The notes under the pieces are model-generated. The model saw nothing but the letters and a program-made list of their open reading frames with translations, did not search any database and was not told the origin of the DNA. The position numbers and the translations under genes were made by a program. Shown piece by piece: positions 47,845 through 57,897 of a DNA stretch of 64,000 nt (position 1 is its first letter; each line of letters starts with the position of its first letter). Source of the DNA: Rhodothermales bacterium (GTDB taxonomy: Bacteria > Bacteroidota > Rhodothermia > Rhodothermales > JABDKH01); the NCBI GenBank assembly GCA_013002345.1, contig JABDKH010000119.1, forward strand, positions 1,763 to 65,762. The letters run 5' to 3'.

Positions 47845-50715
47845 TCAATTATCGTTGGCGGACCGGGCCGTTGATTGCTCGAAGAGCACCTGCAATTCCT
47901 CGGGGGACTGTCGGAATGTGCTGTCGTCGAAGAAGTCTGCGATCCGGCCGCCGAGTTCGGACGCGAGGACGAAGTCACCGCCGTCCATGTAGATCAGCCG
48001 CACAAGCTGAACATACCGTGCTGCCAGCTCCAGCTGACGCTGCGTAGTGGCCGTTTCCAGTCTCCGGAGAACAACAGGTTCCGCACGCCTGGCGATCTCC
48101 ACGGCCTTTTCTGAGGCACCGACTGCCTGATACGCGTTCGCCATCATCACAAACGTGTTGGCGTCACCGGGTACCGTCTCGAACGGCATCTTCAGCATGA
48201 GCGTGTCCAGCAGCGCCCGTGCTTTGGCGCCCTCGCCGCGGCGCGCCAGACTCTGCGCCGCGTGCGAATACACGCTGCGGTAGTTGTCGAGCATATTTCG
48301 AATATTCTCGTCGAAGTACACATCCGGATCGTCCAGGCCACGCAACCTGAACGCAGCCAGGCGCTCCGGTGTGATCTCGGGGTCGACACGCCCGAGGAAT
48401 CCTTCGTCGTGCGGAATCGGAACGACGCGCTGCGCCTGCCCTTCAAGCTGAAAATAGTTCTCGAGATTCAGAAGCCCGTCGGGGCTGACCGTTACCGCAA
48501 AGTAGATCGGGCGGCGCCAGTTCTGTCGGGCGTTCGTAACGAGAATGTCGAGCGCCGCCTGGTCGGCGGCATGCAGGTAATTGTACTCCTCTGATAGTGG
48601 TCGTCCCTCTAGCGTCCACTTCATCGGGCTCTCGACGAGGCTTGTATCATCGAGCGAGAATCCCATCTCGGAGTCACCAAAAAGTGCCTTCTTGTCCACA
48701 GGCAGGGTAACCTCGTTCGGCCGCCACGCTCGCGGTCCAATGGCGTCAATCTGGTCGTCCGACATCGACATGGGTAGCGGTGCGGAGTCCCGCGAAGACT
48801 GGTTCTTCAGCTGCCGGAGGTACCACGAGGTATTCATCAGTGACAGGTTTGCGACGCGGACGTCCTGTCGAACACCCTCCACTTCCTGCAGATACCACAG
48901 AGGGAAGGTGTCATTATCACCATTCGTGAAGATCACGGCGTCGTCCGCGAGGCTCATCAGCATGTTGTAGGCGTAGTCCGGGGCGACGTATCGGCCGGAA
49001 CGATCGTGATCGTCAAAATTCGCTACAAGCATGACGAGTGGTACAGCGACGAAAATCAGGCCTCCAGTGACGAAAATCAGACCACGCGTTGCGGATTCCG
49101 TCAGGCTGCGGGTTCGACATGCCTGGCGTACAAACTCGATCAGTCCCGCGGCGCCAATCCCGATCCACAGCGAAAAAGAGAAGAAGTTGGCCACATAGGC
49201 GTAGTCCCTCTCCCGGGGTTGCATCGGCGGCTGGTTGAGATAGAAGATTATTCCTACCCCCGTCATCACGAAGAGCACAAAGACGGCGAACGCTCTTCGC
49301 CGGTCACGAGAGAAGTGGTGCACAAGGCCGAGCAGACCCAGAAGGAACGGGAGAGCGAAATACGCATTGCGCGACGCCTCCTCGCTCGGCGTCTGGAAAA
49401 ACGGGACGTCCTTGTCCCCATCCAGAAACGACATACCCGTAATGAAGGGGGCATCCTGGATGTCGCTTGCGCGTCCGATAAAGTTGAACGCGAAGTATCG
49501 GAGATACATGTGGCCGATCTGGTAACTCAAGAAGAAGTCCAGATCTGAGTCATAGCGCCTGTACTCCCGCCAGTGTACCTGATCGGGGGAATGTCGTCTG
49601 GGGAAATAGACTTCTTTCTCACCGAGGCTTCCGGTCCGATCGTCGAACGTGTTTCCCTTGAAAATGGGCGTCGCGCCATATTGCTCACGCTTCAAGTACG
49701 AGACGATCGCGGCTGCATTCTCCGGGTCATTCTCGTCAATAGGAGGATCGGAGGCGCTTCGGATGAAGATGAGGGCGTAGGCGGAGTATCCGATAAGGAC
49801 CATCACGAGCGACACGGCAATGAGATTTGCCGGCGCCATCCGCTTTTTATTCGTGTAGTAGACAAGGAATACAACCCCGGCCACGAGTCCGAAGAGCAGG
49901 AGTACGGGCGAATCCATGTTGCCGGCCAGCGTCGGCAGCCACAGAATGACACCGGGATAGATCACCAAGAAGGCGGCCGAAGCGACGGCACCAGCTGCGA
50001 TGAGTCCCATTACCACCTGCCTGGTCGTCCAGTCCTGTCTCTCAAACTCGGTGTAGAAGACGATCAGTGCGATGAAGAACACGGCCAGCAGATTCAACAG
50101 GTGGACGCCGATCGCCAGTCCGAACAGATAGGCGATCAGAATAAGGTACCGGTTGGCCTGTAGTGTGAAGGGATGCTGACCGCCACTGTGCGATGCCTCT
50201 TCGACACGAGCCTGCTCGCTCCACTTCAGGATTAGCCATACGACGACGGCGGTGAAGAACATCGACATCGCGTACACTTCTGCCTCAACCGCGTTGAACC
50301 AGAACGAGTCCGTCACCGCGAACGTGCAGGCACCAATGACGCCTGCAAAGAGCGCGGTGATGCGGTCGAGGGCGCCGGTTGAATCCTCCGCCTGCCACTC
50401 TCGAACGAGGCGTACGATAATGAGGTGCGCGAGGAGGACCGTAAAGGCGCTTGCAGCGACCGATACCAGGTTGACGCTGAGCGCGACGTAGGCATCCGGT
50501 ACGAACATCGAGAAAAGTCGGCCGACGAGCATGTAGAACGGCGCACCCGGCGGATGCGAGACCTGCAACTGGCTCGCAATGGCTATGAATTCGCCGGAAT
50601 CCCAGAATGAAGCCGTGGGAGCTACCGTCAGAAGGTAGAGGACCAGCGCGTAGACGAATACCGCGGCCGCTACAAGCCGCTCTGTTCGAATCCAGTTCAT
50701 AGAGGCTGCGGACAA
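47845..50715 (-). CDS. DUF2723 domain membrane protein (GT-C-like glycosyltransferase fold) with C-terminal TPR-like region
   Basis: 956 aa. N-terminal FWDSGEFIA...HPPGAPFY motif, at least 10 transmembrane helices, and a large soluble C-terminal helical-repeat domain. Confidence 0.8.
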   Translation of the reverse strand: MSAASMNWIRTERLVAAAVFVYALVLYLLTVAPTASFWDSGEFIAIASQLQVSHPPGAPFYMLVGRLFSMFVPDAYVALSVNLVSVAASAFTVLLAHLIIVRLVREWQAEDSTGALDRITALFAGVIGACTFAVTDSFWFNAVEAEVYAMSMFFTAVVVWLILKWSEQARVEEASHSGGQHPFTLQANRYLILIAYLFGLAIGVHLLNLLAVFFIALIVFYTEFERQDWTTRQVVMGLIAAGAVASAAFLVIYPGVILWLPTLAGNMDSPVLLLFGLVAGVVFLVYYTNKKRMAPANLIAVSLVMVLIGYSAYALIFIRSASDPPIDENDPENAAAIVSYLKREQYGATPIFKGNTFDDRTGSLGEKEVYFPRRHSPDQVHWREYRRYDSDLDFFLSYQIGHMYLRYFAFNFIGRASDIQDAPFITGMSFLDGDKDVPFFQTPSEEASRNAYFALPFLLGLLGLVHHFSRDRRRAFAVFVLFVMTGVGIIFYLNQPPMQPRERDYAYVANFFSFSLWIGIGAAGLIEFVRQACRTRSLTESATRGLIFVTGGLIFVAVPLVMLVANFDDHDRSGRYVAPDYAYNMLMSLADDAVIFTNGDNDTFPLWYLQEVEGVRQDVRVANLSLMNTSWYLRQLKNQSSRDSAPLPMSMSDDQIDAIGPRAWRPNEVTLPVDKKALFGDSEMGFSLDDTSLVESPMKWTLEGRPLSEEYNYLHAADQAALDILVTNARQNWRRPIYFAVTVSPDGLLNLENYFQLEGQAQRVVPIPHDEGFLGRVDPEITPERLAAFRLRGLDDPDVYFDENIRNMLDNYRSVYSHAAQSLARRGEGAKARALLDTLMLKMPFETVPGDANTFVMMANAYQAVGASEKAVEIARRAEPVVLRRLETATTQRQLELAARYVQLVRLIYMDGGDFVLASELGGRIADFFDDSTFRQSPEELQVLFEQSTARSANDN

Positions 50716-50836
50716 ACCGGCTCCTGCTCACGATGCGGACGGAAGCGTCTGCGTGCTCGCGAACGATAGAGCGTACGATCGAAGGGAAAAATAGCTACGT
50801 GCTAACGCGGTCTTGGCCGTATTGATTCAACGGCAT

Positions 50837-51520
50837 TCAGGGCGATTCGACCTTACCGGCTCCTCCGATCACCACGACAAATTCGCCTTTTTGCTTCGTG
50901 CGCGTCATCAGTGTCTGACGAACCCCGCCGATTGAGCCTCGCTCGACCTCCTCGAATTTCTTCGTCAATTCCCGTGCCACCGCGATAGGCCGCTCGGGTC
51001 CGCAGAGCTCCTCCAGTTCAGCGAGTGTCTTCAGAATCCGGTGTGGGGATTCATAAAAAACGACGGTGCGCGTCTCCGCAGCTATCTCCTGCAGCCTGGC
51101 CTTTCGACCTTTTTTCGGTGGAAGAAATGCCTCGAAGACGAAGCGCTCGCTCGGAATTCCGCTTGCCACCAGTGCCGGAAGAACGGCACTCGGCCCCGGT
51201 AAAGGAACGACGACGACGTCGTGTCGATGACACTCACGTACCAGATAGAATCCGGGATCCGAGATGCCGGGCGTGCCCGCGTCACTTATGAGAGCAATGC
51301 TCGCTCCCGCTTTCATGCGAGCGATCAGATGAGGAGTGCGTGTGCGCTCGTTATGATCGTGGTACGAGATCCGCCGGGTCGTGATGCCGTAGTGGGAGAG
51401 GAGTTTGCCGGACGTACGGGTATCCTCGCACGCGATAAGGTCTACCTGTTTCAGCACGTCGAGCGCGCGCAGGGTGATATCCTGCAGGTTTCCGATGGGT
51501 GTAGGAACGATGTACAGCAT
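50837..51520 (-). CDS. rsmI: 16S rRNA (cytidine1402-2'-O)-methyltransferase
   Basis: 227 aa. MLYIVPTPIGNLQDITLRALDVLKQVDLIACEDTR...SDAGTPGISDPG. Confidence 0.9.
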   Translation of the reverse strand: MLYIVPTPIGNLQDITLRALDVLKQVDLIACEDTRTSGKLLSHYGITTRRISYHDHNERTRTPHLIARMKAGASIALISDAGTPGISDPGFYLVRECHRHDVVVVPLPGPSAVLPALVASGIPSERFVFEAFLPPKKGRKARLQEIAAETRTVVFYESPHRILKTLAELEELCGPERPIAVARELTKKFEEVERGSIGGVRQTLMTRTKQKGEFVVVIGGAGKVESP

Positions 51521-51523
51521 CGG

Positions 51524-52975
51524 CTACGGTCCGCGCTTCAACCACCGACGAAATCGGGACGTCAGTGATGGCGTGGCCTTGAGGTCCAGATACGCGTACA
51601 AGAAGATCCACAGTCCTCCGATTCCGGTCACGACGTTAGCCGCCCACATGCCTATCCAGGGTTCCAGATGGCCGCGATCCGCAAATTTCTCTCCTTGCAC
51701 AAGGGTGACCCAGTAGAAGAGTAGAATCGCCACCGCTACGATCGCGGATCGACCCAGGCTGCCGCGACGAATGCTCAGGCCCAGGGGGCCTCCGATGAGC
51801 ACGAAAATGATACATGCGACGGCAATGGAGTACTTCTTGTGTATTTCGACAGCGAACCGGTCCGCACGCTGCTCCTGCCAGTGTAGTGTCCGCTTCGTGT
51901 TGTCGATCTGACTTCGAACCAGACGCGCGGACTGTATTGAACGGTTGTACACGGATCGAATACGATCGGAGGTCAGCCCCTCAAAATTCCGAATATGCTG
52001 CAACGCGTCATCTGCGTTCAGTGACTCCTCTATGCGAGCGGGTGTGACCGGGCGGATCACTTCGTTACCGTCTGTCGGCTCAAGCGTGCCCAGGAACAGC
52101 GTCTGATTGAGTAGATCGACGCGCGTCTGTTGCGCAGTAGCACGAAGCGAATCAACGATTCTCTGCATTTCACGTGACCGCATCGTCCGATCGGAGCGAC
52201 GCTCACTGCCCGGGTCACTGCGACGAAAGGCAAGGTCGGAGAGGTCGAGGCGAAATAGATAGGTCTTGAACTTCAGGCGCTCGTATCGCTCGGTGGATCC
52301 CGTTGCAACGCGATTGCGCATCAGTCGATGAAGCTCACCGTCCGCCAACTCAAGGGTCAACTCGGAACCGGAGTCCGAAGCCGAAAGTCGGCCGGACGCG
52401 GCCTTGATCTCCGCCCGCCGCTTGGACCCCTGCGAATAGTCGAAGATCGTTACATCGGTGAGCGCGCCAGTCTCGTGGTTGATCTCTTTCACCAGAATAC
52501 TGTAATCGTCGATACCCTCGTAAAACACGCCTGGCTCGAGTTCAAAACCAGGCTTCTTCTGGCGGATATCTGACCACAGCGTCTTCGCGCGATAGTTGGC
52601 TTCGGGAAGAATGACGCTGTTGAAGTGCCACATACCGGCGGTCAGTAGCGCTCCGACGAGCAATGACGGCCACAGCACCTGCATCAGGGACAAGCCAGAT
52701 GTCTTGATGACCGCATACGCTCCGGTCTCGGCCAGGCGCCCGTAGGTCATCAGCGTGGCGATGAGTACCGACATGGGAACAGCGAGCACCACCATGTATG
52801 CCAGGCTGTACGCGACAAGCTCGAGGATGGCAGTGGCCGGCAGTCCCCGCCCGACCAGCTGCGACATGTACCGGATCAGGAATTGCATCACGAGCAGAAA
52901 CATGAACGCTCCCAGCCATCCCAGGAACGGTCCTGGAAACATCCTGAGAATCATGCGGTGGATCCGAGAGAACAT
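51524..52975 (-). CDS. LptF/LptG family permease (YjgP/YjgQ)
   Basis: 483 aa. N-terminal FLGWLGAFMFLLVMQFL...ILELVAYSLAYMVVLAVPMSVLIATL, a periplasmic beta-jellyroll region, and 3 C-terminal transmembrane helices. Confidence 0.85.
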   Translation of the reverse strand: MFSRIHRMILRMFPGPFLGWLGAFMFLLVMQFLIRYMSQLVGRGLPATAILELVAYSLAYMVVLAVPMSVLIATLMTYGRLAETGAYAVIKTSGLSLMQVLWPSLLVGALLTAGMWHFNSVILPEANYRAKTLWSDIRQKKPGFELEPGVFYEGIDDYSILVKEINHETGALTDVTIFDYSQGSKRRAEIKAASGRLSASDSGSELTLELADGELHRLMRNRVATGSTERYERLKFKTYLFRLDLSDLAFRRSDPGSERRSDRTMRSREMQRIVDSLRATAQQTRVDLLNQTLFLGTLEPTDGNEVIRPVTPARIEESLNADDALQHIRNFEGLTSDRIRSVYNRSIQSARLVRSQIDNTKRTLHWQEQRADRFAVEIHKKYSIAVACIIFVLIGGPLGLSIRRGSLGRSAIVAVAILLFYWVTLVQGEKFADRGHLEPWIGMWAANVVTGIGGLWIFLYAYLDLKATPSLTSRFRRWLKRGP

Positions 52976-53130
52976 CCGGGATTAGCTCGTATTTACCGTT
53001 CAGGGTTCAACCGGGGTGACAAGATAGGTGGAACGAGATTCGTCGGGCGCGGTTCTCCCGCTCATTAGCGCCAACTCTCGCGTACACAAGGGCTGTATCG
53101 GTGGAAGCCCGGAAATCTCCAGTAAGTGCC

Positions 53131-53787
53131 ATGATCGTCAAGACATTCACGTTCAACCCTTTTCAGACGAACTGCTTTGTGTGCTCGGTTGGCCAATCGG
53201 CGGTGGTCATCGATCCGTCAAGCGCTGAGGAAGCCGAGCATCGTGAAGTGATAGACTACATCAGTGCCGAAGATCTCGATGTGGAACGGATCCTGCTCAC
53301 GCACGCGCACCTGGACCATATCTTCGGACTTGCTCATCTGTGCGATGCACTGAATGTCCCGTTCTGGATGCATCGATCGGACTTGCCGCTGCTGGAGCAT
53401 GCGGCGGAGCAGGCGCTTCTGTTTCAAACGGAGCTCGACCAACCTCCGGCGCCGGCCGGCTTTCTGGAAGATCACGGGACCGTGAATGTAGGAGCAAATT
53501 CCTGGACTGTACTTCACACGCCCGGACATTCACCCGGCTCGATCAGTTTTCACGACCGGTCGGAAAAGCTGGTCTTCGGCGGAGATGTGCTTTTCGCCGG
53601 ATCGATCGGACGGACTGACCTGTGGCAGGGATCGCTTCCGACTCTCATGCAATCCATCTTCCAGAAGCTCGTGCCCCTCGGACATGAGACGCGCGTTTAC
53701 GCCGGGCACGGTCCGGACACCACGATCGGACAGGAGGTCGCACAGAATCCATTTCTCGTGGCGCGCGAGGAGTTCGACCAGCGCTAA
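53131..53787 (+). CDS. MBL-fold metallo-hydrolase (glyoxalase II-like)
   Basis: 218 aa from the ATG at 53131 (MIVKTFTFNPFQTNCF). Has LLTHAHLDHIFG, HTPGHSPGS and GRTD. The GTG start at 53101 is less likely. Confidence 0.85.
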   Translation: MIVKTFTFNPFQTNCFVCSVGQSAVVIDPSSAEEAEHREVIDYISAEDLDVERILLTHAHLDHIFGLAHLCDALNVPFWMHRSDLPLLEHAAEQALLFQTELDQPPAPAGFLEDHGTVNVGANSWTVLHTPGHSPGSISFHDRSEKLVFGGDVLFAGSIGRTDLWQGSLPTLMQSIFQKLVPLGHETRVYAGHGPDTTIGQEVAQNPFLVAREEFDQR

Positions 53788-54881
53788 ATCTGCCCTTCCT
53801 TCACCTGCTGGGCGGACCGGATGGTTTTGAACGGCATCGTCGCCGGCTTCGTAGCGTCGAGGACGAGATTGATCGAGGTTCGAACGAGTTCGCCCATCGT
53901 CAGACATCGGGCGAAGTCCGGATTCTGATAGTGTTCCGCAAGTTGTTCGCGCAGCAGCTCGACATTGTTGTCTGTAGATATGATATCCTCCGCCATCACA
54001 TTGAGCAGGTTCCGAAGTCGACCGTGCGAGACTCGCACTCGATTGGCGATGAGAGCTCGCTCTTCCTTCTGATACTGAAGCACGTTCTCCGGTGCGAGCG
54101 TTTTGATTCCGATGTCGATCAGTGGTCCGTTCTGATGGTAGTAGTGCGGAAGGTAGACTTCCTTGCGGTAGTGGTGGCTCTGTTGATCGAAGTCGATCGG
54201 GCGCATACGGTAGTGCCACTTCTCGAAGTCGCGCGTGATGTCGACAACGAAATTGCCGGAATGCATATCACCCAGTAGACGAACGAACACGCGCTCGTTG
54301 AACTTTACGAACTCCTTTGCCAGCCGGACTTCGTCGAAGTTGCTTATCGGGCGGTTCTCGCGCATGAAGGCGTCGCCCGGAATACCGATGATGTGCTCTT
54401 CGACGATTGTTTCGCCGGACACGAAGTAATTGATCCGGTTGGGCGAGAGAATGTGTTCCAGTTCGAGGCCGTAGATGCGGTTGGCGTCGATCCGCTTTAC
54501 GTAGAAGTAGTCGTGGTTGTCATTCAGATGGTTGACGATCCGGATTCGAAACGGCAACGTATTCCCGTACAGACAGAGGTCGACACGGTCGATGTAAAGA
54601 TGCTCGGTGATCGACGTATCGCCCTGCGCTTTCAGAATCGCGTACGCAACCTTCAGCTGTTCGTGGACTTCCTCGTGCTCCGTATTGTTGTAGAACACGG
54701 TTGACCAGAGCGTGTCCTCGCCGCGCTCGTCGTACATGGGAACAGAGTTCGCGTAGCGAAGGAGATCCTCGTAGTGGATCGAGGACTTTACGATTCGACC
54801 ATAGCGACGCAGGTAGGACTCGAAATAGTCACTTATCGGATACGAGTCCTTCTTGCGGGAGATGAGATTGTCGACGGCCAT
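53784..54881 (-). CDS. Protein-kinase-like fold protein (APH/choline-kinase-type motifs), function unknown
   Basis: 365 aa. LLGDMHSGNFVV matches the xGDxHxGN catalytic-loop pattern of the APH/ChoK phosphotransferase family. RPIDFDQ matches the IDF(D/E) metal-binding motif. Lies 62 nt downstream of bshA on the same strand. Confidence 0.45.
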   Translation of the reverse strand: MAVDNLISRKKDSYPISDYFESYLRRYGRIVKSSIHYEDLLRYANSVPMYDERGEDTLWSTVFYNNTEHEEVHEQLKVAYAILKAQGDTSITEHLYIDRVDLCLYGNTLPFRIRIVNHLNDNHDYFYVKRIDANRIYGLELEHILSPNRINYFVSGETIVEEHIIGIPGDAFMRENRPISNFDEVRLAKEFVKFNERVFVRLLGDMHSGNFVVDITRDFEKWHYRMRPIDFDQQSHHYRKEVYLPHYYHQNGPLIDIGIKTLAPENVLQYQKEERALIANRVRVSHGRLRNLLNVMAEDIISTDNNVELLREQLAEHYQNPDFARCLTMGELVRTSINLVLDATKPATMPFKTIRSAQQVKEGQI

Positions 54882-54943
54882 TGAGAGACAACTCGTGCTC
54901 GAGTTCTGAGAAACGCCGGTCCGCCCAAAGATATCGCTTTAAC

Positions 54944-56092
54944 TCAGTCGACGATAATCGTGTCGCCCGCCTTCACTCTCTCGTAGTACTCTTCGTACAT
55001 CGGGATGATGCGATTGACGTCGAACCGGTCGGCGGCAGATTCCCGTGCTGCGCGGCCCATGTTGTCGCGCATGCTTTCGTCATCGAGCAGGCTTCGAATC
55101 CGGTCCGCGAAGCATGAGACGTCGTCCAGCGGACACAGGAACCCGGTCTCGCCGTCTGAGATCAACTCCGGAAGGCCGCCGATGTCCGAGGCTACGACGG
55201 GGACGCCACACGCCATGGCTTCCAGTGCGGCAAGGCCAAAGGTTTCCGAGCCGCTTGGCATGATAAAAGCATCCGCTATCGACAGTATTTCCTCGATCGG
55301 TTCCTGCTTGCCAAGGAACCGGACGTCATCAAAGACACCCAGTTCGCGCGACAGGCGCTCGGTACCCGTTCGATCCGGCCCATCTCCTACAAGCAACAAC
55401 TTCACCGAGTGGTTCTCACTCTTCAGCTTGTGGAATACCTCGACCACCTGCGTCGCGTTCTTCACTGGACGAAAGTTCGACACGTGGATGAGCAGCTTCT
55501 CGCCGTTGGGGCAGAGCGCTCGCTTGAAGTGATCCTTATCCATCTTTCGGAATCGACGAGTGTCGATGAAGTTCGGGATCACCTCGATCTCCTTGCGGAT
55601 GGAAAAGCGATCGTAGGTCTCACGCTTGAGAAATTCCGATACCGCCGTCACGCCGTCCGACTGGTTGATGGAATAGTTCACGACCGGTTGAAAGGACGGG
55701 TCGCGACCGACGATGGTGATATCCGTGCCGTGCAACGTCGTGACTACGGGGATTTCGTAATCCTCGCAGCCCAGGATCTGGCGAGCGAGTACGGCACTCG
55801 TTGCGTGCGGTATCGCGTAGTGGACGTGAAGCAGGTCAAGCTGCTCATGCTTGGCAACATCGACCATCTTGCTCGTGAGGTTCAGCGTATAGTTCGGATA
55901 CTCGAACAGGGGATACGTATTGACATTGACCTCGTGGAAGAAGATGTTCTCGGCCACGTGAGCCAGCCGGAACGGCATCGAGTATGCGATGAAGTGAATG
56001 TCATGCCCTCTTTCGGCGAGGGCGATGCCCAGCTCGGTCGCCACGACTCCACTTCCGCCATACACGGGATAGCAGGTGATGCCGATCTTCAT
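54944..56092 (-). CDS. bshA: N-acetyl-alpha-D-glucosaminyl L-malate synthase (bacillithiol biosynthesis glycosyltransferase)
   Basis: 382 aa from the ATG at 56092. MKIGITCYPVYGGSGVVATELG...HVHYAIPHA...TTLHGTDIT...HVSNFRPVKN...GDGPD...PSGSETFGLAALEAMACGVPV closely parallels B. subtilis BshA. The upstream 65 codons of the track ORF are rejected. Confidence 0.85.
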   Translation of the reverse strand: MKIGITCYPVYGGSGVVATELGIALAERGHDIHFIAYSMPFRLAHVAENIFFHEVNVNTYPLFEYPNYTLNLTSKMVDVAKHEQLDLLHVHYAIPHATSAVLARQILGCEDYEIPVVTTLHGTDITIVGRDPSFQPVVNYSINQSDGVTAVSEFLKRETYDRFSIRKEIEVIPNFIDTRRFRKMDKDHFKRALCPNGEKLLIHVSNFRPVKNATQVVEVFHKLKSENHSVKLLLVGDGPDRTGTERLSRELGVFDDVRFLGKQEPIEEILSIADAFIMPSGSETFGLAALEAMACGVPVVASDIGGLPELISDGETGFLCPLDDVSCFADRIRSLLDDESMRDNMGRAARESAADRFDVNRIIPMYEEYYERVKAGDTIIVD

Positions 56093-56256
56093 GGTGTCTA
56101 AGGTCTTTTGGCTATGCTGCGAACTTGTGGTTGGATAATCGATCCCCGACATGTCCGATCTTCCGGTTTGCGGAAACGAGTCAGTAGCCGCTAAGTTGCA
56201 GACCAGACAGGCCCTCCCGGCCTTACCCACACCCCCACCACCAATCCCGCAATACC

Positions 56257-56880
56257 TTGAGTATCCAATCCCGAATATTCGTTTCAACGCTCACCTTTGT
56301 GATGGCTGCGGCGGTACCCGCGGCGCATGCACAGCTGGGCGTAGCTGCAGGTCTGAATTTCGACAGGCTGGGGGATATCAGCACCCAGTCCGGCGCGGCT
56401 AACTTTGACAATGCGACCGGATACCATTTCGGCGTGTTCTTCGATCTTGGGGCGCTCCCGATTGCCGTCCGTCCCGGTGTCTTCATTCGAAAGGCCGGAG
56501 ATGTCGACTGGAACGTGACCGGTGTAGTCGAGTCCTTTGACCTGACGCTGATCGAGGTTCCGATCGACGTGCGGATACCGCTGCTTCAGGCACCACTTCT
56601 AAAGCCATACCTACTCGGAGGACCCGTCGTCAGTTTTCCGCGCAGCAACAGGGACGAAATCCAGGATTCCTTTGAGGACTTTTTGCTGTCCGGATCCATT
56701 GGTGTCGGCGTGGAAGTCAAGGTTCCGGCGATCGGACTCCGACTCTATCCGGAAGTGCGATACGCGTTCGGCGTATCACGATTTATGAAAGACTCCTTCA
56801 CGATTGGCGGTGTCAGTTTTGACGCAGAGGACTCGACGCGCCTGAGCGCCGTCATGGTGCGTCTGGGAGTAGGACTCTAG
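56257..56880 (+). CDS. Small outer-membrane beta-barrel protein (porin/OMP_b-brl family-like)
   Basis: 207 aa with a signal peptide (FVMAAAVPAAHAQ). Alternating-hydrophobic strands, and the sequence ends ...VMVRLGVGL. The annotated start is TTG, so the start is uncertain. Confidence 0.55.
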   Translation: MSIQSRIFVSTLTFVMAAAVPAAHAQLGVAAGLNFDRLGDISTQSGAANFDNATGYHFGVFFDLGALPIAVRPGVFIRKAGDVDWNVTGVVESFDLTLIEVPIDVRIPLLQAPLLKPYLLGGPVVSFPRSNRDEIQDSFEDFLLSGSIGVGVEVKVPAIGLRLYPEVRYAFGVSRFMKDSFTIGGVSFDAEDSTRLSAVMVRLGVGL

Positions 56881-56898
56881 GTCGCGGCGCCGGTGGAA

Positions 56899-56935
56899 AC
56901 AAAAAAAGGGGCCCATCGGTGGGCCCCTTTTGATT
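56899..56935. terminator. Bidirectional rho-independent terminator
   Basis: An A-tract of nine A, then GGGGCCCA UCGG UGGGCCCC, then UUUUGAUU. It lies between the convergent genes at 56257-56880 (+) and 56949-57632 (-). Confidence 0.85.
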
Positions 56936-56948
56936 CTGTCTGGCGCGT

Positions 56949-57632
56949 TCAGGCTACGCCTGCGTAGAAGCGGAAACGTTCTTCGTCAACCGGTTCCCTG
57001 ACGTCGACGGGCTTGTGATCCTCGACCCAGTACGGCGTTGACCGGTCTATCATCGACCGCTCACTGAAGAAGTGGCGGGTGCGGATGGAGAACGGTCGCG
57101 AGGTAGCGTCCGAAGTCCGAACCATATAGGCAATGCGTAGTGCAGCAGCCCAGCCGGCAGGGTTCGAACGCTCATTCAGATGACTGAAGAAGAAGCGTGA
57201 TGAACTAGTCGGATTGAATGCGCTGAACTGGTAGGGGTCGAGCACAACACTCTGGTACGTACGACGGCCGCGATAGCCAGTCTCTACGCGGTTCCTGACG
57301 ACCCATCCGACGAGAACCATCTCCATCGGATTCTTCGTTTCAGAGTAGATGCATCTTGCGAGCCACAGCGTTTCGCTGTCCACGTTGGTCGGTTTGATTC
57401 CTGGCAGTCCGTACCACTGCGCGACATCCTGGTAAAGCGTTCGCGAGTCAAGTACGAAGTCGGCAGTGATCTGCTCGATCTTCTGCGCCCGCTTGGTGGA
57501 GGCCACCCAGTCGACGACTGTTGACAGACTGCCCGCGTTGGTTGCCGTCCCGGTCATTACCAGGAAGAGCATCAACGGCAGTCGTGCCAGCAGATTGGCC
57601 TTCGATAGTTGGCTGATGAGCGCGTGTATCAT
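56949..57632 (-). CDS. Cell wall hydrolase, SleB-like (Hydrolase_2 family)
   Basis: 227 aa with a signal/anchor sequence. LWLARCIYSETK...GWVVRNRVE......YQSVVLDPYQFSAFN matches the SleB-type pattern. Confidence 0.65.
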   Translation of the reverse strand: MIHALISQLSKANLLARLPLMLFLVMTGTATNAGSLSTVVDWVASTKRAQKIEQITADFVLDSRTLYQDVAQWYGLPGIKPTNVDSETLWLARCIYSETKNPMEMVLVGWVVRNRVETGYRGRRTYQSVVLDPYQFSAFNPTSSSRFFFSHLNERSNPAGWAAALRIAYMVRTSDATSRPFSIRTRHFFSERSMIDRSTPYWVEDHKPVDVREPVDEERFRFYAGVA

Positions 57633-57792
57633 TTCAAAAAATTGTCGATTCCGACTTCTCGATTACTGAGAATCTGCTGAATAGAACGCCGCCAAACGAG
57701 TGCCTCTCAAGAAGGTTTCTCATTGTGGCATTGTTTATAACAGCATGAGTTTAGGTGACTTATAGATTGGGATTGACTTTCTTCATCGCGGG

Positions 57793-57897
57793 TTCGTTCA
57801 CGGTTGGCGGGTGGTTCACGGGCCGTTCATGGCCCCTTCACCCGTCCGTGGGGTCTGGCATCTTATGGACGGATGCGTGAATGCGATTCACTGTGAA
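57793..57897. promoter_or_regulatory. Cluster of TTCAC/GTGAA pentamer repeats upstream of pdxB
   Basis: Direct repeats: TTCAC at 57797 and 57815, TTCAT at 57826, TTCAC at 57837 (spacings of 18, 11 and 11 nt). Then the palindrome GTGAA-TGCGA-TTCAC at 57877-57891, with another GTGAA at 57893. Confidence 0.3.
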
